The notes below the pieces were generated by a model. That model ran no database searches. It was not told the DNA's origin and saw only the letters and a list, made by a program, of their open reading frames with translations. This document shows positions 53,636-64,000 of a DNA stretch of 64,000 nt, piece by piece. Position 1 is the stretch's first letter, and the number at the start of each line of letters is the position of its first letter. The translations under genes were made by a program, and so were the position numbers. This DNA is from Chrysomallon squamiferum (Eukaryota > Animalia > Mollusca): assembly GCA_012295275.1 (NCBI GenBank), contig CM022665.1, forward strand, positions 18,228,001 to 18,292,000. Direction: 5' to 3'.

Positions 53636-54099
53636 AAACCCATATGAACTATACTTATTATTATTTATTTATTTTAATTTAATTTTTATTTTTTATTTTT
53701 TATTATTATTGTTATTTTTTAATAACGTAATTATAATCTAGAATTTTGCAGGCAAAAAGTAGATCTTCTAAACTTTACTGACAACAAGTTGTGATTTTAA
53801 TCTTCTTTCAGAATTCAACAGACAAGAACACGACGACTGGGGATAACGAGATTAATGACGAGGGGCGTGGCACCACTGTAGTTCTTCCAGGAATTCTGAT
53901 ATTAGCAGCTTTACTCGTTAGCAGACTGGTCAATTAATGGTGAGCTATTTTAATTAATACACACAGAGTGTCACACACACCAACATATATCTACGTACTA
54001 TAGATATACACATACATACATACACACACACACACATACACAAAAAACATACATACATATATATTTATACAGAATCATACAAACATACTTCTATGCCTA

Positions 54100-54428
54100 C
54101 AGTTAACCTATGATTTCACGGATGTGTGTTCTCCGGATTTCGGGAAATCCGTACCAAATCTTGAAAAATTACAATTGCACACATAACCATCCTAACCTAA
54201 CAAACCTCACCCAACCTAGCCTACATTGTTTTTTTTTTTTTTTTTTGGTTTGTTTGTTGTTGTTTTTTATGTCTCTTTGTTGTTCTCTGTATAACTGTCA
54301 TTTGTTCTAAAGTTTAACCTGTCGGTAAATTTTATGTTAGTGTTTACATTTGCGATTTCCCAGACTTCTGGATTTTCCGAACCGGTTCCCCCACCCCCCT
54401 TATTAGTCGTGAAATCGAAGGTCAACAG
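54100..54428. mobile_element. Small Tc1-mariner-type MITE
   Basis: Left end TA-CAGTTAACCTATGATTTCACG versus right end (reverse complement) TA-CTGTTGACCTTCGATTTCACG. Internal CCTAACCTAA motifs. Confidence 0.75.
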
Positions 54429-54619
54429 TATTTCCTGTTCAAGACTACAGTTATTAAATACTATAGTACGTATCTATGTCCATTTGAAATTTCATATAGT
54501 TAATTATATACCTTACTGTGCTTTAGATAATTCTTTCATTTTTTTTTTTTTGTTCAAAACTGAATAATTATTATAAAATATCGAAACACATCAACTGGCT
54601 GTGATGGTTTATAATTGCT

Positions 54620-54655
<36 letters not shown>

Positions 54656-54842
54656 TTTTATAAATGAACTATCAGTATTCTGTAATTGCACTCATAAGAT
54701 AAAAATATTGTGATATTCTGGTAGTTTATAAAATTTCATAACATTACCTCCAAGCAAATAAAATAGGTATCAAATCTAGAAGCTTTTAAAAATTGGGGCT
54801 CCATCGTTAATATTTTATCGACAGTTGTTTTGCGATATCATT

Positions 54843-54877
<35 letters not shown>

Positions 54878-55789
54878 CTTTGAATAAAAATAAAATTGCA
54901 TCCCATTCTCTGAAAAATCTTGATCACTTGTACACTGCTTGTCCGAGCTGCCACTTAGCGTTTTCACAATAATTACAAAATGTCGTCTGGTTTAATTACA
55001 CGGTGGGAAAGGCGCCATAATATTTACGTCAAAAACGGTAACTATAGATTGTCTAATTTAGACAGTTAGTAAATAAAAAATAAATATTAGGGTTATAGTC
55101 GTGTACATCATAATTACGATAAACATGATTCAAGAGAAATTTTGTTTTTATTTATTTTAAAAAATTTTCTTTCTTTTCGAAATGTCATTTATTTATTTAA
55201 AAAAAAAAAAAAAAAAAATCGTGTTTGCTAATTTTCCTCAAATGAAACAAAGATTTAAATAAAATTGAATATTATCACTAAACATAAGATATCATTATAG
55301 ACACACATTTATATGTATGTATGCATGTGTGTCTGTCTATCTTTTTATCAATATATATATTCTTTCTTTTCCAGTTTGCCAAGTAGCTCATCATGTTGGC
55401 TAGGCTGCTCAATCACAATGTCTTCTTTGGTTTGTCCTTTTCCTGGACATTAAACATGAAGTCCTCACTAAGAAATTTCATTTTGTCATTGCTCAAGTGT
55501 CTGCCTGTCTGTCTATTCAGTGTTGTATGTGCACGGCTTCATTAAATGATGAATTCATGTGATTTGTTTTGTTTTTTTTGTTTTTACAATGAAGACGGTT
55601 ATCACCCATGAAGTGGACAACTTGTATAAATGATCTTAAAATTGTGTCTACTTAGCGGGACAAGCTGAAATGTACCAGTGATGATCTAATTGCTGTTTTA
55701 CCTGGTTGACGGTGTGCTCAGTTAAAAGGTAACAAGATGATACTGTACCACTGCTATTACTACTACAATTCAATTTCTGTTCAGTTTAT

Positions 55790-56140
55790 TTATTTGCCAA
55801 AGTCAGTATGACCATAAACACAAAAGATACAAGAATACAGTTATAAAACAGAAACTGTTGTGTCATAGGTTATAGTATACAAATACAGGGGGAAAATTAA
55901 AGGTAAGAATTAGGATAATACAAATATAAACATAGTTGTTATATATATGTGTTACAAATTAAATTACATATTTATCAAGATTCCTTAAGTTTTTATATTT
56001 TTTGAAGACAAAAGATCGATTAAAAGTAGATGGTCTTGTATACAAATAAGTCTTTAAATATTCTTTATCATTATAAAATAAACATTTTGATACAAAATGA
56101 AATTCATCTTCAATGCCTCCACTGACACACACATACACAC
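55790..56140 (-). mobile_element. 3' end fragment of a LINE
   Basis: VCVSGGIEDEFHFVSKCLFY resembles the C-terminal CxxC...EDEFHFLLxCxxY motif of non-LTR ORF2. It ends near AATAAATAAAC on the minus strand. Confidence 0.7.
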
Positions 56141-56319
56141 CAACAAAAAACCCACCCACATCAATGTGCCACTAAGAAGGTTTGATCCTATGTGTCAAGT
56201 ATCCCTATGTGAAAGCTCTACCGATCGAGATTAATCCAAATTCATATCGCTGATTACGGTGTGGGTATTACAGTACCAATAAATAAATAAATAAATAAAT
56301 AAATGTTCCATCTGATAAT

Positions 56320-57020
56320 ACAACATCAGCGTCACACAACAACTCCAAGTTTTTGTCAGCTGTGAAGATCAGTATTAGGTCTCCTCCTTGAACTCTGTGT
56401 AGAAAAGGATCTCCTACATCGGTGCGGGTCCTCTCTCCTTCTAAATTGATATCCTGTATTGTCTGGGGTAGTCGGGGTAGGGATTTGTGTCGCTGTCGAT
56501 ATAGTATCAGCTTGATGGCACTAAAACATGGAATCTCGGCTAACAGTAGATATCAGGAACAACATCATGGTTCTTCCTGCGATTGGAAATCTCATCAGCG
56601 TAAATGTTAGGAACTGGCGTTGTTTCCAGTTTAGCTTGGTCCATGAGTTTCACCTTGAACACATCAACATGCTTAATAAATGGCACCACCACATGGTTGT
56701 GCTGTATCTGATCTGCCATCTGGAGCATGTTGTCCACAGTCACAACATAGGCTCTGCATTGTAACATAGTACACCTCCAGTAAATTGTCTTTTCTCTCCA
56801 TGCTTTCTATTTACACAAAATTTGTGCTGGTTGTAATACAAATGTCATCTGCCTCTTTAACGTGTCGATAAAAGTCACTCTAATGTGAAATAGGTTTCCA
56901 TGTGTTACAAATGGCCTGCTCAGTATAAGAGAAAGATAAATTTGTAAATCCAAAACAGTAAATTGGTAGAGCACAATATGAGCAAATAAACAAAAAACAA
57001 AAATGCAAAGGTACCTACTC
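56320..57020 (-). mobile_element. Mutator-like (MULE) transposase relic
   Basis: Broken minus-strand reading includes IQHNHVV, ETTPVPNIYADEIS, YRQR...LPRLPQTIQDINLEGERTRTDVGDPFL and ILIFTADKNLELL, characteristic of the region before the MULE DDE domain. Confidence 0.75.
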
Positions 57021-57309
57021 AATGGAAGCCTAATTACAAATTCTACCCAGGACAGTAATCATATAACATTCTATACCATTGAAACAAACATGGTTCATAC
57101 CACAAATCAGAATATGCAAAAACCAATTAGATATGTCTACGTCCCGGTACTACACTAAACAGATTTGTCGACTTCCCAGACCGACACCATGAAGACATGC
57201 AGATTTTAATTTTACATTGGTCTTAAAATGGACTAGTGTTATTTTTCTTTTTTTTAAATAAATGACCATTAAAATGTATATTGTATTCATTAAAAAAACC
57301 AAAAAACAA

Positions 57310-57650
57310 TATGGTTTATAACTGATATTAAAATGTAAAATATTATCTTCAAACACTGGTCTTACAAATGTAATATTAAATTGTAAATTGTTATTCTTAA
57401 ACATTGGTGAAAAACCAGCTGCGGTCTTATAACTAATATTAAAATGTAAATTGTTACCTTTGAACACTGGTGAAAAATTAACTGTGGTTTTATAAATATA
57501 ACATAAAAATGTAAACTGTTATTCTGAAACAGTGGTGAAAAGCTAACTGTGGTCTTATAAATGTAATATTAAAATGTAAATTGTTATCCTTAAACATTCA
57601 TGTTTAATTGTAAGTGTGGACTTATAAAAGTAATATTAAAATGTAAATTA
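57310..57650. repeat. ~58-bp minisatellite
   Basis: Five to six copies of GGTCTTATAAATGTAATATTAAAATGTAAATTGTTA...AAACA.TGGTGAAAA. Confidence 0.85.
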
Positions 57651-57913
57651 GTATACATAAAAATCCTTATTCTGAATAATTAAGACTCCTTCTGGAACTG
57701 TGGATCCTTTCATTGCTAATTCTCCCATTTATTTAGTATACAGGACAAAAACAAAAAAATAATAATAAAGATATTTATCATAAACAAATTATCAAATATA
57801 AACAGATTTACCTGTGTTATAACTAATTGTTGTACTTCTCAACAATTCTTCACTGACAATGAAATAACTACACTAAAAATAGTTTTATTTTTAATATTAA
57901 TCCTTGTATTTGA

Positions 57914-57966
<53 letters not shown>

Positions 57967-58584
57967 TTAAAAAAAAAAAAAGATCCAGCAAAATCAAATA
58001 TCAGATATTTTTATGAATATATCCCAAATATATCTTGCTTATTTCAATTACATAGAATAACATTTATTTATTATGTTATCATACACAATGATTACGTAAA
58101 AGAATAAGAAAAAAGAACAAATAAATTAAGATTTCATTTTATCAATTTATGCAAGATGCATTTGTTAATTACAGCACGTGATGTAAAAAGAATTGCCTAT
58201 GTTTTTGTACAATTGTTTCTTTTAATATCAGCGTATGTGACATTACTGATGACAACCTAATATATTGTACATATTAATTTACTTAAATAATCATTTTCAT
58301 TACTAATACTTATTATCTAAATATGAAATACATCATTTTACGGATTAAAAAAGATTAAAAAAACACACACAAAAATCATCCATTATGGAAGATAAATTCT
58401 GCAACTTAAATAACATCCATTTTCACTGCCTTCAATATTTTCCTCAAATATAGCTTTAGTGATAAAACAAAAAATTGCCCTTACTTGCTACAATCATGAA
58501 ATATGTCCATTTTTATTTACATCATTTCTTCTTTAATGATAATAAAGGATGCATATTTAAAATTAATTAACAAGATGCCTAGAG

Positions 58585-61500
58585 TTAATCTTCTTCATCC
58601 AGAAAGTCAAGGTTTAAGTGAGGAAATCTGGTTTCCTGTTCAAACCATTTTGCAGCAGTAAGAAGATTCTGTTCGCTAAACCTAGGACCCATGAACTGCA
58701 AGCCAATGGGTAAACCATTGGATGAGAGACAAGCAGGCACTGTTACTGCAGGTATGCCTGGAAAATAATTTATACATTTTCAATAATTTAAAATCACAAG
58801 AAATCTGGGCCATCTTATCAGTTTTTTATGTTCCTGGGGATCAGCTGAAATGACTGTTATTGAAATTAAAACAACCTTTTGGGGCCCTTCCATACATAAA
58901 CTGAAAAATGTATTGACAAAAACTGCCCATAGTATAAATGGACTGCATGGAACCAAGATGCGTATTTTAAATATCTTTACCATGATAGAAATTGCCCAGT
59001 GAAACCCACAGCATACATAGACACAAGGTGCCCCAGTCCTATGTGCTCATGCCTCAAGATGACCCTGTCTTAAGATGTAAATTTTAAAGTTGCTGGTATT
59101 TGAGTAAAAACTGACAAAATATGTATTTGTTGGATACACTGGTTATTTCTGAACTAGTTAAACATTTGTCTACGTGGAAACTTATTTGTTCAACTGAAAA
59201 ACCAAAACAATTCTCAGTGATAATTTCAGAAAATTTTAAATTTTCAATACCTGCAATATAGAAAAAAAATTTTTAAAATTTCCCTAAGAAAGGATTTAAA
59301 AAACAAACTAAAAGTTACCAAACTTGTTTCTTAGTCCCTTTATTTATCAATAAATTATATTATAATCATCATTATCACCCTCATTTCCTATACAATTATT
59401 GATATTAGTCCTTCAACTTTTCAGCTCAAAAATCTAAAATCTAAATTCTAATTTCACTAATTATGTTCATCTCAGTATATAAAATGTATCTAAAATATGA
59501 ATTCTAATTCTACTAATTATGTTTATATTTATCCTTCCAGTCACTTTAAAATAATATGTAGAACAGATTTTGAGGAAGATGTGAAATGTGATATTAACAT
59601 CATTTTTAGAAATAACTAATAAATAAGCTAATTTCCTTTTATTTGGCCAGATATGATGAAGTTAGGTTTGGTTAGTTTTTTTCTTTATAGTCTTATTTGT
59701 AAAATTATTTTATTCACGAACCATACCGGCCATATTAGCAGGCTGTGTGTACACATCTTGCTGTTCTGAGTGTGTCCGACTGTCTGTCTGTCTGCACTGA
59801 CTGAAAGATGGTGCTTCTCCCAGAGCCGTTGGTGTCAGGAGAATGTCAATGCCACTGTTGAAAACCTTGTTGAAGTCCTCAGCAATTTTACGTCGCACTT
59901 TCTGAGCTTTGATGAAATAGTTGTCATAGTTTCTAAGAAAAAATTAAATTTAGAAAACATCATGTCTTAAACAGAATTAATTTTGTTTTAATCTGAAATG
60001 TACTGCCATAAGAAATATGTCACCGATTTTATGAGTAAAAGTATTTTCAGATTAATAAAGGGTAAATGACTAACATTTCTTTCAGGTTATAAAGTATATA
60101 ATGTGTTTGTGTGTACGTGTGTGTTTGTGTGCAAGTGCATGGCTGTGAGTATGTCAGTTGTTTGTACATTTGTATTTGTGGGTTGGAAGAGTTTCTGTGT
60201 CACATGGCACTTTCAGTATACTAGAAAGAAAGGAAATGGCAATTCTTGAACTATTATAATTCTGTCATACTTTATTATTAGCAAAGTTTATATTAATGAG
60301 CAAACCGAACAGTGATTTGAAGTGATTTGTTAAGATCACCTTCGCAGAAGATACCAGTTGCCTGTGAGAATGCGTCCACGGACAACATCATTGAAACCTT
60401 CATGTCGACTAAGGGCATATAACTCATCTGTAGATTCCTCATTGCTGGCACGGTGACCTGAAATTTTTTTTATTTTTTTTTTACTTTAATTAAAATGATT
60501 GTTGACAAATAATGTAATAAAAAAAAATAAAAGATTGAAGCAAAAATTAATGTTACTTTAAAATAGAAATTAAGCTTTTACAAACAAACAAAGAATTAAA
60601 CAAAAAATAAATAAATGTAATTGCTTAAAAAAAACAAATAAATAAATAAATAAATCTTATTACTTAAAAAAATAAACAAAAAGAGAACTAAGTAACAAAA
60701 TTGTTCATTTTCCTCCTCTTTTCTGAAACATTAAAGAAAAAAAACTATATTATATTCCAGACAATTCAGATTATTTATTCTAAATCTATATGTTTAATAA
60801 ACCAATTTTTTTTTATAAAGATGACACTAACCAAACCTAACGCCATCGTATCTGGCCATATTTGAAGCAACCTCACAACAACAAAGAACAGCGTAACAGA
60901 TAATTGAGTATTGTGTGTGGGGCAGTGACACCTGGGACACCTTTGCACCTGCATTTTCAAACATGTCTGCTGCCCGCCTCCATGCATCCACCACATCAGA
61001 TGATGTGGCAGGTGCATAATACTCCTAAAGACACAGAAGTTAAAAATATATATATTAAAAATAATAATGATGTCTCTTTTAAAATTAAAAATATAACTGC
61101 AGCATTAGGCTTTTAAATACAAATTAACAATTATTAAGAAAAAATAGGATAACTAAACTTTGTTGTAATAAGCTTCAAAAATAAAAAAGTAATACTAAAT
61201 GAAACATTGTAAAAAAAAAATATGTAACATTAATATTAATAATAATAACAGTAATAATAATAACAATAAGAACAACAGTAATAATTAAAAACAAAGACAG
61301 AAATAACAATAACAAATAATAACAACAACAATAATAATATCCAGAAAATGAAAATATTAATAATGAACGCTTTTGCTAATCAAGTGAGCTCTATGGTTAA
61401 GCTCTGGGCTTTATGACTGGCAGTTTCAGGGAACAATCCCCTATATCTGATCATACCCAAATCTAAATTGGAAAAAAAAAAAAAAGTCTCATTTAATTTT

Positions 61501-64000
61501 TAATAATCCTTTAACATAAACACAAAACCTGTGTTCAGCAGACTATATATATAAATATAGTAACAATAAAATGAACAAACAGAAGAAATCAAAACTAAAT
61601 CAAAAGCAACACCTACTTTGGGTATTCCAATATGGAGGTTTTTAACAGAAATGTCATCAGGTAAATTTAGAGGTGGAATTTTGTCTTGTACTGTTGTAGA
61701 ATCTTTGACATCATGGCCTGCCAGCTGATCTGAAAAGTCAAACAATAAATAAAAACATGTCAGTACGGTTTAATAATTCATTTCATTTAACAGGTCGGTA
61801 GCATTATATGTGATCCATCACACTGAAGTCTTAAGTTACATTTTGACTGATTGGAGCTACCAACATTTTCAGCTTCCTGACTCCATATGTTTCAATTTGA
61901 TACTTCTTCCGTTAATTTAATTATTGCAAAACAATTTCTTATTGGTTACAATACTGGAGTAACACAAAAGATGTGTGTGTGTGTGTGTAGCATAATTTAA
62001 GTTAATAAAGAAATAAAATGTTTTCACTGAATTAACAGAATTGTTAAAAAAATAAAAATAAAAAAAAATAAAAAAAACATTATTAGTTTCATAAAATATT
62101 AAAACTTACTAAACAAAATGGATGCATCATGTACAGTCCTTGCTATTATCCCTGGCACATCCATGGAGTTGACAAGTGGAATCAATCCATGTCTTGACAG
62201 AGTACCATAAGTGGATTTCAGTCCGACAACTCCGCAGTAAGATGCTGGAAGTCTAGTAGAACCTCCTGTGTCTGAACCTAGAGATCTGAAATAAACAAAA
62301 AGTTGCTGAGTGTGACACCTCCTTTATATTAATATTTTGAATGAAGTTGCTGTTTATTTTTGGTTGTTTGGGTAACTTTTAATTAACTGCCATAGTTAAA
62401 ATGTTTGTGCGATTTTAGGAATTATGTCTTAGGTTTCTTTCTATTTCTTTTTTCTTGTTTTCTCTTGCTTCTATAATGGAATAAATAAAATTTCTAAATT
62501 CTCCAAATATGTAAAAATTCACTCTCTACCTAGATGTGTATCAAAATATTTAAACCTAATTTCTAGCAAACTTTAAAATGCTATAACTTTATTTTGAAAT
62601 TATATAAATGAAAGTTGTATCTATTTAAATATATTTTTGTTTACTTTAGTAATTTTAATTCAACATTTCTATAAAAAGTGGATGTGAAGATTATACACAC
62701 ACACACACACACACATATACACACCTACAGACACAGTAAAAACACACATAATTATATATAAAATAAAACTCACACACAGGAAACCCCAGTGGCCACTGAA
62801 ACAACACTTCCACCTGAACTACCTCCAGCAACAAACCAATCATTGTCTTCTTCACCTTCTAAAACTGATTCTGACTTGTCAAATGAGCTGCCTGGATTAC
62901 CCAATGAGCTCATTCGGTTGACTGCTGTTTGTTTGTGTTTCTTAAATCTGTACCTCCATGGGTTTTTCACTGGACCATAAGTACTGTCAGTACTACCAGA
63001 ACTAAAAAATAAATAAAATAATAATAATAATAATTTAAATTTAAAAAGAGTAAAATTATTTTAAACTGAAATCAAAATTACTATTCTTATGCATAGGCAG
63101 TACACTCTCAATTTAACCCTTTCCTAGCATAAGTGGATATATCCACTCAAACTTTCATTAGTTAACTGTAGAAAGTGGATTTATCCCATGGCCTTAAAAT
63201 ACTCTTGTTATTTTGGATTTTTAAAAGATATCATTATAACCATTTGAAAGATTATGAAGTAAGCAGTAAATACATGAATGTACCAACCCCATAGCAAATT
63301 CATCCATGTTTGTCTTCCCCATTAACACTGCACCCTGCTGTAGTGCTCTCTCTACCATGGTGGCATTGTAGGGAGGAATATAGTTGTATAGCATTCTTGA
63401 TGCACATGATGTCCTGACACCAAAAGTACAGAAATTATCTTTGTAGGAAATTGGAATTCCCTCCAGGGATCGAAGAGGCTCCCCTAAAAACAATAAAAAA
63501 ATAATAATAATAATTTAAAAAAATAAATATTAATAATAAAAAATGAAAATACCAAATTTTAAAAGATGAAATATTGATGTCAAAAGTGGGTTCATTTCAA
63601 AATTATGTCCAAATAAAATATAGCTCTTTAAAATTGAACTTTGTTAACTTCATCTGGTGTTAATCTGACCAGATAATAATGGTTGAAAAACTCAGAAAAT
63701 TAGTTCCAATTTATATTATAAGTGATACACAATTATGTTTATGAATTATGTTGTTTTAAAACTGGTATCCATTTTTGGGTTTTATTGTAATTGTAATATA
63801 TCCACATTCAGTTATTTGAATTTACATATATATAGAGAGAGAGACATACAACACACACACACACAAACCAGATTGAAAAAACTGACAGAAAACTGGTTTT
63901 ATTTACCTCGTTGTAATCTCTGAGAAGAAAGATTTGCTGCTGAAACGACTTCTTCTGGTAATTCGCTGATAAATGCATTGAGTTCGCTCACTTTGCTCAG
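58585..64000 (-). CDS. QRSL1: Mitochondrial glutamyl-tRNA(Gln) amidotransferase subunit A (GatA), 5' end outside the window
   Basis: Exons >64000-63907, 63483-63288, 63001-62774, 62285-62110, 61729-61617, 61024-60832, 60457-60340, 59932-59727, 58757-58585. Amidase signature: [64 protein letters not shown]. Confidence 0.97.

Noticed and set aside
56160-56260. Possible tRNA gene on - strand (also ~61383-61440 on +)
   Set aside because: Only A/B-box-like traces are present and no cloverleaf forms; these are probably old SINE heads.
62830-62960. Low-complexity insertion in GatA before GGSSGGS
   Set aside because: Animal QRSL1 proteins normally have a variable insertion here.

Overview
AT-rich, intron-containing animal DNA dense in microsatellites; probably an invertebrate and possibly a mollusc (inference only). 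Most ORF-track entries are repeat noise, so gene models were built by hand from GT/AG sites and exon phase. (1) 3.2-20 kb: a decayed inverted duplication carrying two head-to-head paralogues that encode apparently secreted leader-IgV-like-IgC2-like proteins. Their amino-acid differences are clustered while nearby intron tracts are nearly identical. A third, frameshifted V exon lies between them, one copy has three tandem 81-nt phase-1 cassette exons, and the other has a perfect 39-bp intronic hairpin. (2) 24.2-31.3 kb (+): a 9-exon DUF4140/DUF4139 (F37C4.5-like) gene. (3) 33.1-37.0 kb (-): a pseudogene of a leader-3xTSP1-TM-tyrosine-rich-tail receptor that the ORF track misses. (4) 41.7-42.65 kb (+): a 313-aa uncharacterised ORF. 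(5) 58.6-64 kb (-): the 3' part of QRSL1/GatA. The rest is relics of LINE, Tc1, pogo/Tigger and MULE elements, tRNA-Glu-like pseudogenes and minisatellites. The best candidate for an undescribed system is the diversifying secreted V-C immunoglobulin locus.
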